IMG/VR virus record: IMGVR_UViG_3300030620_000004
Coordinates: 22,187 to 86,186 of that record
DNA: 64,000 nt
From: a virus
Lineage: Duplodnaviria > Caudoviricetes
Strand: one strand, 5' to 3'
Part shown: in pieces, positions 18,116 through 28,133 of the stretch
How positions within the stretch are numbered: the first letter of the stretch is position 1
Layout of the letters: every line of letters begins with the position of its first letter
Program-made: the position numbers and the translations under genes
The notes under the pieces: model-generated
What the model was told of the DNA's origin: nothing
Database searches by the model: none
What the model saw: the letters and a program-made list of their open reading frames with translations, nothing else

Positions 18116-19267
18116 TCAGACGAGAATCAACGAGGGTGAAGTCAGTGGAGCAAGAATCTGCACGTTGGTCGGGCGCGTGCGCAGGGTGAACCCAGGGTTG
18201 GGAAACAGGTCACCAAGCGGCTCGAGCAATGAAGTCTGCTTCGGGATCAACCCATCCGCTCTGAAGCGTGCGAACACGGCACCGAGGTCGTTGAGTAGCA
18301 ACGGCTCGTTCACTCGAAGCGAGTTGATGTACTCGACCATGGCGTTGCGAATCTGCTCGCTCAACCCCGACGTGTCCACGCCAGCGACGAACGACGGCTG
18401 AAAGACGATGTCGATGATCTGCGGGCGTGACGTGTTCACCGCCACGAAGATGCCAGCAGGCCGATACTCGAGCAGCGTCTGGTCGACAGCCGTCGCCAGC
18501 GCGAGCGATGCAACCCCCGACGAGTCCGCAATGAACAGCTCCACGAATCGGTTCGGCCTGCCGAGGTCGTCGAGAATCTCGATCGCGTTGGCACTCTCGA
18601 CCCCCGGCGTGGCGCGCGCACCAAACTCGATTGCCGCAAGGGTTCCCCTTCGAGCAGCAACCCAGAAGTCCCGCACCCGCTCGCGAAACACATCGTCCGT
18701 CTCGGCAGGCTCGCCACCCGCCGTCGGCTCGGCGTTGTTCACTTGAATCGACACGTCGAAGATCGTGTTCGGCTTGTCGAACCGCCTGATCTGGTTCGCC
18801 CCCACCTGGAAGTCCTTGCCCGCTTGCGCCGCGCGCACGTTGGCAGTCGAGAGCAACGAGTTGGGTCCGAGCGACGTGAAGTTCGCAGTGGTCGTCGTCA
18901 GGTACTCGATACCCGCAAGACTGATGAGCTTCGTGCCCACCGGCAGACTGCCAGCGCCCGCAGTCGCCGTGAGACGGGTGAACTGCACAGCCCCGAGCGC
19001 AGCTGCCGCACCCTTGCGGAACAGCTGGTAGCGGTCGAATGCGTAGCGGTCGAGGTCGTCCCCTCGAGCCCCGTCGAGCAAGAGCGCGTTGATCCGTTCG
19101 ATGTTCTGACGCGCCACCGCGTTCGCCATGTACGACGCGGCTCCGACGAACAAGTTGATGTCTGAGCCTTCGACGTCGACCTCACGAGGGTTGATGCGCT
19201 TGGCGCGGGTTATGACGTAGCTGCGCCCAATCGCGAAGAGATCGAGCCTGGAAAGTAGTTCGGCCAT
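18116..19267 (-). CDS. Baseplate J-like protein
   Basis: ARGDDLDRY..ALGAVQFTR..LPVGT..GGEPAETDDVFRER..RGTLAAIEF. Confidence 0.9.
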   Translation of the reverse strand: MAELLSRLDLFAIGRSYVITRAKRINPREVDVEGSDINLFVGAASYMANAVARQNIERINALLLDGARGDDLDRYAFDRYQLFRKGAAAALGAVQFTRLTATAGAGSLPVGTKLISLAGIEYLTTTTANFTSLGPNSLLSTANVRAAQAGKDFQVGANQIRRFDKPNTIFDVSIQVNNAEPTAGGEPAETDDVFRERVRDFWVAARRGTLAAIEFGARATPGVESANAIEILDDLGRPNRFVELFIADSSGVASLALATAVDQTLLEYRPAGIFVAVNTSRPQIIDIVFQPSFVAGVDTSGLSEQIRNAMVEYINSLRVNEPLLLNDLGAVFARFRADGLIPKQTSLLEPLGDLFPNPGFTLRTRPTNVQILAPLTSPSLILV

Positions 19268-20181
19268 CAGAGTCCAGTCGGTGAAAACGACAACGGCACG
19301 TTGAAGTCGGGCAGCTGCCCGATGTTAGTTCGAGCTCGAATGCGGTAGCGCGTGATGTCCGGGTGCGCTGCTTCGACAACTAGCGCCACCGAGACGTCGA
19401 CAGTCTCAGGTTCCTGCCTGATCTGCGACTCGGCTTCCTCCGCCATGAATTCGCGGATGCCCGCCCGAGCGAGCTGCTTGATGCTGGTCATCATGCTGAC
19501 GCCGTAGTTGGGCAAGTGCGCGAACTTACCCTTGCGTGTCGTGAGCCTGCGCATCACTCGCTTGCGATATCCCGCAAGCCCTTCATCGAAGGCGATGTCG
19601 CCTTGGCTGTCCTCGCGAAACGTCCCCAAGAGCGCGTCGAGCTCTTGGTTCTCCACCACCGGCAACGGATCGAAGATACCCGAGCGCGTCTGCGGGTTCG
19701 CGATGTCGCGGTTGTTGATGATGAACTCGGGAATGAGCGGCACGAGCCCCTTGAACAACGCGGTGTAGCGTCGCGTCGTGTCGAGCATCGGTATCTCACC
19801 CACCGCCGTCACCAGCCCGGACAACGTGACGTCGTACTCCCCCGGCTCAGGACTCATCGGGCGGTCGAGGATGAGGTCCAGAATCGTCCCCTCGTCGTTC
19901 ACCTGCTCGACTGCAATGACCGTCACCGGCCGCGTGGGCTCTGCGTCGCGCCCCGTCGACCCCACCACCGGGACCACTGTGTACCGACGGGCGTCGCTCG
20001 CGTCGTTCGGGTCCCCCAACATCGTGAACTTCGGACTGACGTTGAGCCTGACGCGGATGACGTTCTCGCGAATCGCCAACACCTCGAGCAGGTCGAGCGC
20101 AACACCCGCCGGCATCGACGTGCCGTACGGCATCGTCCCGTACGGTCCGATGCCGTAGCCTGCGAAAGGACCTGAGGGCAT
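19267..20181 (-). CDS. gp25/GPW-like baseplate wedge protein with an N-terminal extension
   Basis: C-terminal RRLTTRKGKFAHLPNYG..EAESQIRQEP; synteny with baseplate J. Confidence 0.75.
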   Translation of the reverse strand: MPSGPFAGYGIGPYGTMPYGTSMPAGVALDLLEVLAIRENVIRVRLNVSPKFTMLGDPNDASDARRYTVVPVVGSTGRDAEPTRPVTVIAVEQVNDEGTILDLILDRPMSPEPGEYDVTLSGLVTAVGEIPMLDTTRRYTALFKGLVPLIPEFIINNRDIANPQTRSGIFDPLPVVENQELDALLGTFREDSQGDIAFDEGLAGYRKRVMRRLTTRKGKFAHLPNYGVSMMTSIKQLARAGIREFMAEEAESQIRQEPETVDVSVALVVEAAHPDITRYRIRARTNIGQLPDFNVPLSFSPTGL

Positions 20182-20211
20182 GCACCCAATGCTAGCGCAA
20201 CTGGCCCCCCC

Positions 20212-20231
20212 ATGGAATCCCGGGTTTCCAT
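20212..20231. repeat. Dispersed palindrome copy 4
   Basis: ATGGAATCCCGGGTTTCCAT. Confidence 0.95.
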
Positions 20232-20525
20232 TCAGTCCTTGAGCTCGTCGTCGCTGTCGACGTCGCTCTGCCCCACTCGCCCACCGCCGAACTCGAAGTC
20301 CGCGTCAATCGGGTTCGACAGGTCGCAGTTCAGCTGAACGAAAAAGTCGAACGTCGGGAACTCGAACGACGGGAATGCGACGAAAATGTTCAGGTCGAAA
20401 ACGAAGATCGGGAACCCAAACCCGCACACCGTCGCACCTGTCGGCGACGGCTGAAACCCAGCCTCGACGGCTTCTTGCTCTTGCTCCTCTGGCGGCGGTG
20501 CGTCTTCTGGTGGTGCGAATCCCAT
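20232..20525 (-). CDS. Small acidic, Phe-rich baseplate-region protein
   Basis: Lies between the spike and gp25-like genes. Confidence 0.55.
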   Translation of the reverse strand: MGFAPPEDAPPPEEQEQEAVEAGFQPSPTGATVCGFGFPIFVFDLNIFVAFPSFEFPTFDFFVQLNCDLSNPIDADFEFGGGRVGQSDVDSDDELKD

Positions 20526-20529
20526 GGCG

Positions 20530-21591
20530 TCACCCAATCTGTAGGCCGGCGCTCATGATGCCAGGCGTTGCAGCCAGGCCCGAGACCGGGTTGCCAATGA
20601 GCTTCTGCGGCTGGCTTTGTAGCGCAAGCGCGATGGCCGACTGCGTCGCCAGCGCAGCCGTCCACGGCCCCGAGCTCGTCGCCGCGAGAATCGCTGCCGC
20701 AAGCAACGCATCCGCCTGCGCTGGCGTCGTGAACACGAGCGGATTGATGATGGGCAGGAAGCCGACGATGATGTTCGCGAAGTTCTCCACGCTCATCGCG
20801 TGTTCACCCGCCATGTTGCCGTTGGTGCTCAGGCTGAACGGCGTCGCGACTTTCAGCATGTTGTTCGGCTCAGGCGTCGCCGCACTGTCACTCAGGTTGA
20901 AGAGCGTGTCGCCGACAGTGAACGAGAGGTGTCGATCCGTCAGGTTCATCTGCATCATGAACTCGGGCGGCGTGCTCTCGTCGCTCGGCCCCTGAAACCC
21001 GATGACGTCGGGACTCATCTGGAACACCGAGCGGTCGCCAGTCCGCACCGTGAACACACCCGCAGTGTCGAGGCTGATGAGCGCCTCGCTCATCGCACTG
21101 CGCCACATGATGGGCCCGTTGACCTCCTCGACTCGAGGCGTCCTGCGCCGGCTGAACGCGAACGTGTTCGTCGTCGGGTCCTGCCCCGCGACACTCTCCA
21201 TTGGGAACTTGTCGATGCCGTTCGAGAGCCGCGCAAGAATGACACACCCCGCTCGCTCATCTCCTTCGGGAATCGCGACGAGCACTTCGTCCCCTTCGAC
21301 GAACGGGTGCCAGTCCCCTTCCCCATTGCCTGCGACCTGCGCTCCGACGCGAGCGCGCACGGGAACCTTCGTCGGCTCAAGCAACACACGGACGAACGGC
21401 TGCCCCTCCTCTTCATCGAAGACGACGATGTCGTCGGTCTCATTGCCCGCCGTCACCAAGCCGATCGAAATCCACTGGCGTGGGTCGATGCCTGGCTGCC
21501 GCACGGCTTGCGCGGCCGTGCTCTGGTCGAGCGGCTTCGCCCAGCGACGGCCTCGGCTAAACCCAGGCGTCTTGCGGCGGCGCATCACCAT
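20530..21591 (-). CDS. Baseplate central spike (gpV/gp5 OB-fold)
   Basis: VRARV..AGNGEGDWHPFVEGDEVLVAIPEGD..GCVIL. Confidence 0.8.
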   Translation of the reverse strand: MVMRRRKTPGFSRGRRWAKPLDQSTAAQAVRQPGIDPRQWISIGLVTAGNETDDIVVFDEEEGQPFVRVLLEPTKVPVRARVGAQVAGNGEGDWHPFVEGDEVLVAIPEGDERAGCVILARLSNGIDKFPMESVAGQDPTTNTFAFSRRRTPRVEEVNGPIMWRSAMSEALISLDTAGVFTVRTGDRSVFQMSPDVIGFQGPSDESTPPEFMMQMNLTDRHLSFTVGDTLFNLSDSAATPEPNNMLKVATPFSLSTNGNMAGEHAMSVENFANIIVGFLPIINPLVFTTPAQADALLAAAILAATSSGPWTAALATQSAIALALQSQPQKLIGNPVSGLAATPGIMSAGLQIG

Positions 21592-23357
21592 TACAGGACG
21601 ACCTCATCTTCAACGACGACCTGCCGTGGCGCGTCGGCTGCCGTGTCCGGCTGCTCCTCTTCACCCTCTGGCAGCTCCGCATCGGCACGCACTTCCAAGT
21701 AGTTCGTCGCATCGAAGTCGATGCGCACGCCATCCGACATCTCGTCCCAGTCGATGTGAATCTCCCGCATGCGGAAGGTCGAAGGGAATGAGACGTCGTT
21801 CACTGCCCTAGCGTAAGCGTCTGCGAAGCTTGCCGGGAACCCAATCGAACGCAAGAACTCGCCCGGGCGTCGTGCGAGCTCGCCTTGAATCGTGGTCACC
21901 GTGTTCTGGTCGTCTGCTTCCAGGTTCCCGCGTTGCACCACGATGTCGACCGCGTCACCGACCTTCGTGTCGAGCATGTCCGGGTCCAGGTTCCCACCGC
22001 CGTAGCTGCCGAGATTCTTCGTCAGCACGGTGACGCCGAGCTCGTTGCGCGCGAGCACCTCATAGAGCTGCTGCGCGACCGCCCGCAGCACTGCTTCGTC
22101 TTGGATGCCCGGAATACTCAGCACCTCGAACTTCTGGTCCGAGCTCTCGCCAGGGTTCAGCCGCTTCGTGCGCTTGTCGACCTGCGGGAACCGAGCGATG
22201 AGCGTCTTCTTTCGGCGCGGGTTGTAGCTTCGCACCTCGACGTTCAGCGGCTGGTACTTCGCGAACTCGCGTCGCCACTGCATCTCGAGGATGTTCTGCC
22301 CGTAGATCATGAGGCGGTGCCCGATGGCGCCGAGCTTCGGCAGGGTGCGCCCCTGGAACGGGTCGTCCGCTCGTGGTGGGAACTTGCGATTGTACAGGGC
22401 ACGTGGGCGCTGAACGATGACACGGGTGCCCTCGAAACGGATGTTCAGCCCAACGCTCTTCGTGACGTCGGTCAAGTAGTCCCACACCGACAGCTTGTTG
22501 TCGCCGCCCTTCGACGCGCTCGGGCCGACCCCAGGCGGGTAGGCCGTCGGCGCAAGCGCGTCCTTCAGTGTCGGCGGCTCGCTGCCCGCAGGTTGATACT
22601 CGACGCTCAGTCCTCGGAACTGCGGGAAGTTCGACAGGTAGTTTGCAATCGCAGTGTCGATGGGCTCCTCGACGGAGATGGCCAAACGCGACGGGTGGTC
22701 CTGCCCGATGAGCAGGCGCGTGTTGTCCGTGCACTCGAGCACGATCTTGGGCGAGTCACCCTCGGGCCAGTTCGCTTCCCAACTATCGACCCACCCCTCG
22801 AACCGCTTGTTCGTCCGAGACCGTCCGTTGTCATCGCTGTAGTCGTCCGGGATGACGTTGAAGGGAACACGCGAGCCCGGTGGCACCTTCGTCGTTCGGA
22901 GCTGACCGTTTACACCACGCTGAAAGTCATCAGCGCTCACAGTGCCGAGGAAGTACTGCACTCCGCAGCTCCGAATCGTTCGCGGGTCCAACGGCAGGTC
23001 GAGAAACTCGAGCTCCAGGTTTAGGGTGTCCGCCGTGCGGATGCCGTTCTGACTCCACCCCGCCGTGATAGGAATGATGCCGTCGATGACGTGGGTGTAC
23101 TCATCGAGGCTGCTGCTCTGCTGCTGTGGGCTCCCCACTGCGTTCGGCTCATCGCCGGGGCCCACCAAGAGCAACGCACCGTCTTGGGTCTCCACGCGCA
23201 ACCGTTCCCCACCGTCGTCCTTTTTGCCCCGGCGTTGCTGTGGCGGTGTCGCAGGTGGTTCAGGCGTGCCCTTCCTGCCGTAGTCCTCGAAGCGCACGAT
23301 CAATCTGACGCGAGCGCTTGGGTAGTAGCTCTGAATCGGTTGTTCGCGAGTCGGCAT
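21591..23357 (-). CDS. Baseplate hub (gp27/gpD-like)
   Basis: Size and position between the LysM-like initiator and the spike; LECTDNTRLL..LSVWDYL..GLNIRF. Confidence 0.7.
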   Translation of the reverse strand: MPTREQPIQSYYPSARVRLIVRFEDYGRKGTPEPPATPPQQRRGKKDDGGERLRVETQDGALLLVGPGDEPNAVGSPQQQSSSLDEYTHVIDGIIPITAGWSQNGIRTADTLNLELEFLDLPLDPRTIRSCGVQYFLGTVSADDFQRGVNGQLRTTKVPPGSRVPFNVIPDDYSDDNGRSRTNKRFEGWVDSWEANWPEGDSPKIVLECTDNTRLLIGQDHPSRLAISVEEPIDTAIANYLSNFPQFRGLSVEYQPAGSEPPTLKDALAPTAYPPGVGPSASKGGDNKLSVWDYLTDVTKSVGLNIRFEGTRVIVQRPRALYNRKFPPRADDPFQGRTLPKLGAIGHRLMIYGQNILEMQWRREFAKYQPLNVEVRSYNPRRKKTLIARFPQVDKRTKRLNPGESSDQKFEVLSIPGIQDEAVLRAVAQQLYEVLARNELGVTVLTKNLGSYGGGNLDPDMLDTKVGDAVDIVVQRGNLEADDQNTVTTIQGELARRPGEFLRSIGFPASFADAYARAVNDVSFPSTFRMREIHIDWDEMSDGVRIDFDATNYLEVRADAELPEGEEEQPDTAADAPRQVVVEDEVVL

Positions 23358-24593
23358 TTAGACACGGTTCCTGGTCGACTCCTCGAGGTTACGCCGCGTC
23401 GGAATGATGAGCGGCATGCGAGGCGGGGTGATGGTGTAGCCAGGCAACCCGTTCGCGATCGCGAGCTCGTCGGCAAGATCGGGCGAGCCATAGTACTTCT
23501 GTGCAATCGTCAGCATGGTTTCATCAGCACGCGGAATGTGAATCTGGAAGTTGTCGTCGGTCCGCATCTTGTCCTGCCGCCGACTGCTGCCTGCCGATGG
23601 GATGACACTGCTCTGCCGCCGACGCGCTGCTTCTGCAAGCAACTCCATGGCCACCGCCATGTTCGCCGCTTGGTTCTGCGAAGCGCTGAAGTACGACGCG
23701 TTCTTCGTCAGCACGTTCACCTTGTTCCGGAGACTCTGCGTCTCGGGGCCTTCACGCGTGACTTGGTCCATGAACTGGTTGGCGACCGAGACCCCGTTGT
23801 TCGCGACGTCGACGAGCCGCCCGAGGATGGCCGCGGGTGTCTCCTTGACCGTGATGATGATGTCGCCGATCTTCTTCAGCCGGTTGCTGATCGAATTGGC
23901 TGCGCGTGCGAACGAGTCCATGAGCTCGCGAGGTCCGTTCGCGATGGCCTCAAGCTGGCCGAGCGTGAACGTGCTGGCGCCCGGTTCCTGGTTCCGGTTC
24001 GGGTTGCGAATGACGTCACGCGCGACGGCGGCTGCTGCCGCGTTGGCCGCATTGATTGCGGCCTGGGTCAGTGCAAGCGGGTCCTGCCCTCTCACGTCGC
24101 TCGCCTTCGGCTGGTCTTCACCTCGGCCAATCCAAGCGAACGACACCGACCCGTTGATGTCGTCAGGACGGTCGTAGGCGAAATCCCATTCTGATGCGCG
24201 CCCAATGCGCGACTGACGCGGGCTCGGCTGCGACTGCTCGGCTGCGCTCGAAATCCAGGTCACCTTGAGCAACGCCCCACCGCGGAAGATGTCTTCGAGA
24301 ATTGTCGCAAGCGTCGACGCTCGCGTGACCTCGAACTCCTGCCCACCCTCCTCCTGCACCGTAATCGGGGTGCGGATGAGGCGCGTCGTGTTCCACACGA
24401 AATCCCAATCGCTTGGTACCTCCTGAGGCCCGAGCACGTGCTGTGTCGCCTCTGGGTTCCCCGGGTTCCAGTTGGTCACGAGCAGCTGTAAGCCGCTCCA
24501 GTTCGCCCCCTGAATCGGCAGTCCTCCGCCTACGAGCTCAACCCTGCGCTTGCTGCCCGTACGCTCTTCGATGATGACGACACTTGCAGCCAC
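23358..24593 (-). CDS. Tail tube initiator-like protein with a C-terminal LysM/gpX-like domain
   Basis: DETMLTIAQKYYGSPDLADELAIANGL..PLIIP. Confidence 0.75.
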   Translation of the reverse strand: MAASVVIIEERTGSKRRVELVGGGLPIQGANWSGLQLLVTNWNPGNPEATQHVLGPQEVPSDWDFVWNTTRLIRTPITVQEEGGQEFEVTRASTLATILEDIFRGGALLKVTWISSAAEQSQPSPRQSRIGRASEWDFAYDRPDDINGSVSFAWIGRGEDQPKASDVRGQDPLALTQAAINAANAAAAAVARDVIRNPNRNQEPGASTFTLGQLEAIANGPRELMDSFARAANSISNRLKKIGDIIITVKETPAAILGRLVDVANNGVSVANQFMDQVTREGPETQSLRNKVNVLTKNASYFSASQNQAANMAVAMELLAEAARRRQSSVIPSAGSSRRQDKMRTDDNFQIHIPRADETMLTIAQKYYGSPDLADELAIANGLPGYTITPPRMPLIIPTRRNLEESTRNRV

Positions 24594-24610
24594 TCGTTCA
24601 CGTCAAAGGT

Positions 24611-25279
24611 TCAGGCGTTGCGTTCCGCCCACATCTGCAAGGGCGATGGCTCTTCACTGTTCTCGCTGATCTGCGAGTGCGCAGCAGCCTTGGCTTTCTC
24701 GTGCGCTTCCTTCGCCTTTTCGAGCGCACCCTCGGCGACAGCCGCAGCTTCAGCCGCGGTCTCCAGGTCCTCATCGTCGGCGGCTTTCTCGGCGTCTTCT
24801 TTCGCGACTTCGGCTTCTGCCAACGCCTCGGTGATGACTTCGAGCGCTTCCTCGATCGGACCTTCGTCGCCGTTCGAATCCTTGGCAGCTGCTGCAAGGT
24901 CACTCATCGCGGTTTCCATTGCCGCAATCTCTTCGACGACGGCCCCTGCATTGGCTGCGAAGGTTGCAGCGTCATGCAACTCACTGCCTGCAGCTTGTTC
25001 AGACGCTTGCTGCTCTGGAGTTTCCGCTGCCTCATCGGCTGCGGTCTCGCCCGCTTCGTCATGGCTTGGCGTTGTCTCCACATCGCTGTTCATGAACTCG
25101 TCGAGCGCACCACTCAAGTAGGCCTCGCTGGCTTCCGACACCAACTCGGCCACGGTGTCTTCGTCGAGTTCTTCGAGCAGTGAAGCCAGGTCGGTCGCAT
25201 CGCCGCCGCCTTCGCCGCCCATGTCTTTCTCGTCGTTCGCAGCTCCACCGGTCAACCCGGGCATCATCGGCATCGTCAT
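24611..25279 (-). CDS. Highly acidic Ala/Glu/Asp-rich protein
   Basis: 222-aa ORF filling the gap between the tape measure and initiator genes. Confidence 0.6.
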   Translation of the reverse strand: MTMPMMPGLTGGAANDEKDMGGEGGGDATDLASLLEELDEDTVAELVSEASEAYLSGALDEFMNSDVETTPSHDEAGETAADEAAETPEQQASEQAAGSELHDAATFAANAGAVVEEIAAMETAMSDLAAAAKDSNGDEGPIEEALEVITEALAEAEVAKEDAEKAADDEDLETAAEAAAVAEGALEKAKEAHEKAKAAAHSQISENSEEPSPLQMWAERNA

Positions 25280-25325
25280 CGTGGTTTACCTCTTTCGGTC
25301 TGGGCACCTTATCACACCCGGGAGT

Positions 25326-27752
25326 TCACGTCCCGAATGGCGTCGCTGTGGTCGCTTGGACCCTAGAAATCGCAGCTTGCGTGAAGCGCTTCTCGAATGC
25401 AATCGCAATGCGGTCGGGTTCCTGGTCACGGAAGTTCTGCTCGATCTTGAAGACCTGACCGCCGTTGAAGTTCACCTGCGGTGCGGCCCCCTTGGTCATC
25501 TCTTCGATCTCCTGTTCCTGACGCCCCTTCAGGCCGGTCACGAGCGCCTGGAATTGCGGACCCATCTGCTCGGCGACCGAGATCATTTTTGCGAAGCCCT
25601 CGGCGCTCATGTCGGCACTGCGCACGAAGGCATTGCGGAGCTGCTCGGAGCGATTCACGACGCCGAGGATGTACTCCATTGAAGACTGGTCGTGCGCTTG
25701 CCACGACTTCGCGAACGCTTGCGTGATGAGCCCAACGCTCGCTTCCTCCGCCTGCGCTAGCTCGAGCAACCCCTGCATGTACTTCTCTTCTTCATCAATT
25801 GCAGCCGACGACGTCGCCCCGAATTGCTTCACGACTGCATCGAAGTGCGCCGTGTCCGAGCCGACTTTCTTCGCGATCTTGTCGACGTTGCTGAAGGCAT
25901 CCTCGAGCGGGTGAAACAGGCCTTGCAGCATCCCACGCCGCTGCTTGTCCATTCCTTCGAAGCGCTCGAACGTGCGCTCGGGAATGAGCTTGTCCGAAGC
26001 GGCACGCTCGGCTGCTGCCCGAAGTTCATCCATGCGCTTGATCTGCTCGTCGTTGAGCACGCCCATCGTCTGCGAAAGCTGCGCGTACTCCTTGAGTCCG
26101 TCGTCGACGATGCGGTTTCGCTCGTCCTCCGCCTCGTTCACCTTGGCGTTCAGGTAGATGAGCCCGCCCGCGAATGCCGTTACTGCCGCAGTCGCAGCCC
26201 ACGCCGGGGGTCCGCCGGCAATGATGGCCCCTGCAAGCGAACCGATGCCCTTCGTGAGCTGTGCTCCCATCTGCACCGCAGGGCCACCCGACGCGACGAA
26301 CCCGCTCATCGCCGAACCAAAGCGACCTGCGACCGTGCCCGTCGACGCCGCTGCCTTCACGATGGCTTGCTGCGCCACCGACATCCCCTGCACCGCATTC
26401 GAAACCTGCGACGAGCCGCGCATGAGCACTTGCCCTGCGACCCCGTGCGTGTTCACCAAGTCCTGCACCACCGCCTTGTTGATTGCCGCGACTTGCTTTT
26501 GAGAGTCGGTCAGCCCGGTCAAGTCCAGCTTGGGAAGCGGCACCATGCCGCCCCCCCGTGGAGCCCCTGGGGAAGGGGCTCCCAAAAGACCCATGCTCCT
26601 GCTCGCCTGGCGCTCGCCTAGCGCGTTTGCCGCCCCCCCAAGGCCCCCCATAACGGCGCCCCCCAAACCGCCTAGGAGACCGCCCCCAGCGCCCGTCATG
26701 CTGAGCATCATTCCGCCCCCAAGGACCATCAATTCCGTCTTGTGGGCCAGAATCCAAGTGACCGTGTCCCGCGCAAACTGGAACCCTTCCTTCACGGCCG
26801 ACTTGATCTCGTCGGCATGCGTCTGAATGAACGCAAACGCATCCCGCATCCCCTTGATCGCGTCGCCCGCAAACTGCCCAACCTCTCGCCCTACGTCCTT
26901 CGCGAACGCTCGCAGGTCTCCACGCGCATCGCCCAGATCGCCCTGCAAGTCGACGAGCCCACCCATGAACTCCGTCATCGCAGACTTGCCGAACGTCTCC
27001 ATGAACTCGTCGCCGATGGCTCGAATCGACGTCACCATGTCAGAGAGTGTCGGTGGGGCCTTCCCCAAGTTCTCGGCGATCGACCCGATGGCACCCGACA
27101 ACCGGTTGATGCGCTCCTCTTGCGTGAGCTCGCGCCACTCCTTGTTCACGTCCTCGATCTTGGACGCGAAGATGCCCGTGCCTCGCAACAAATTGAAGAG
27201 CGGGCTTTCCATTGCCACCATGCCGGCACTCATCCGCCCGAAGTCCATGCCGAGCCGCTGCATGCTCAACCCCTGGACATCTGCGAGCGTCGTCAGGTTT
27301 TGCAGGTTGTCGCTCGCAACCTGGAATGCGCGGCTGCCACCCCCGAGAAACGTCACGAGCTCTTGGTGCCCCGCCTTGATGTCGTCCTTCAACACGCCGC
27401 TCGAGATCGTGAGCGTGTTGAACTGCGCGTTCAGGTCTTCCGCATAGGCGCGTGCAATCACCCACTCGTTGCCCGTCATACCGGCGAGCATGCCGGCGAT
27501 GTTCTGCTCGAGGTCGTACGCTTCAGAGCCGACGTCGATGAACCCCGTGACGACGTCCTTCAGCTTGCCGAGCAGTGGCCCCACGCTCACGGCCGCAAAC
27601 GTCGCGGCGAACTGCGTACCGAAGTCTCGAAGGGACGACTGCGTTTGGTCGACCTCGGCGTCGACGTCATCGAACCCACTGCGAATGCGGTTCAGAACCT
27701 CAGTCGCAAGGTCGTCGAGCTTGAGTTCTGTGCGAACGGATACGTCAGCCAC
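25326..27752 (-). CDS. Tape measure protein
   Basis: 808 aa, helical Ala/Gly-rich, directly downstream of the chaperone pair. Confidence 0.85.
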   Translation of the reverse strand: MADVSVRTELKLDDLATEVLNRIRSGFDDVDAEVDQTQSSLRDFGTQFAATFAAVSVGPLLGKLKDVVTGFIDVGSEAYDLEQNIAGMLAGMTGNEWVIARAYAEDLNAQFNTLTISSGVLKDDIKAGHQELVTFLGGGSRAFQVASDNLQNLTTLADVQGLSMQRLGMDFGRMSAGMVAMESPLFNLLRGTGIFASKIEDVNKEWRELTQEERINRLSGAIGSIAENLGKAPPTLSDMVTSIRAIGDEFMETFGKSAMTEFMGGLVDLQGDLGDARGDLRAFAKDVGREVGQFAGDAIKGMRDAFAFIQTHADEIKSAVKEGFQFARDTVTWILAHKTELMVLGGGMMLSMTGAGGGLLGGLGGAVMGGLGGAANALGERQASRSMGLLGAPSPGAPRGGGMVPLPKLDLTGLTDSQKQVAAINKAVVQDLVNTHGVAGQVLMRGSSQVSNAVQGMSVAQQAIVKAAASTGTVAGRFGSAMSGFVASGGPAVQMGAQLTKGIGSLAGAIIAGGPPAWAATAAVTAFAGGLIYLNAKVNEAEDERNRIVDDGLKEYAQLSQTMGVLNDEQIKRMDELRAAAERAASDKLIPERTFERFEGMDKQRRGMLQGLFHPLEDAFSNVDKIAKKVGSDTAHFDAVVKQFGATSSAAIDEEEKYMQGLLELAQAEEASVGLITQAFAKSWQAHDQSSMEYILGVVNRSEQLRNAFVRSADMSAEGFAKMISVAEQMGPQFQALVTGLKGRQEQEIEEMTKGAAPQVNFNGGQVFKIEQNFRDQEPDRIAIAFEKRFTQAAISRVQATTATPFGT

Positions 27753-27767
27753 GGGTCAGCCTCAAGC

Positions 27768-28133
27768 CTACTGCCATTCCTTGGGCTTGTCATTGGAGCG
27801 CTCGAAGGTTTGCCGCTGCGTCTCGATGAGCTCGTGCAGGATGCTGAGCAGCTGGTTCTGACGCACGATGTCCTGCTGCTCCGTCCACTCCGGCGGCAGG
27901 TTCGCGAACTTCGCAAGGACGATGAGCGCGCGATCCATTTCGCGTAGTTCCTTGGCAGGATCATCGAAGGCGAAGGCCAGCGCCGCGTCGCAGATGACGT
28001 CGCCGTCGCTCTGTCCGAAGTACCCGAACAGATCCCGCATACGGTCTTCGGCAACACCTTGGTCGAGGGTGTTGCCGAAGTCGTCGCGCGTCAGGAGCCG
28101 GTGGACCTGACTTCGATGCAATTCTGTAAAAAA
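27768..28133 (-). CDS. Frameshift extension of the tail assembly chaperone (GT-like)
   Basis: Open -1 frame entered at the T TTT TTA heptamer (28133-28127). Confidence 0.75.
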   Translation of the reverse strand, partial: FFTELHRSQVHRLLTRDDFGNTLDQGVAEDRMRDLFGYFGQSDGDVICDAALAFAFDDPAKELREMDRALIVLAKFANLPPEWTEQQDIVRQNQLLSILHELIETQRQTFERSNDKPKEWQ

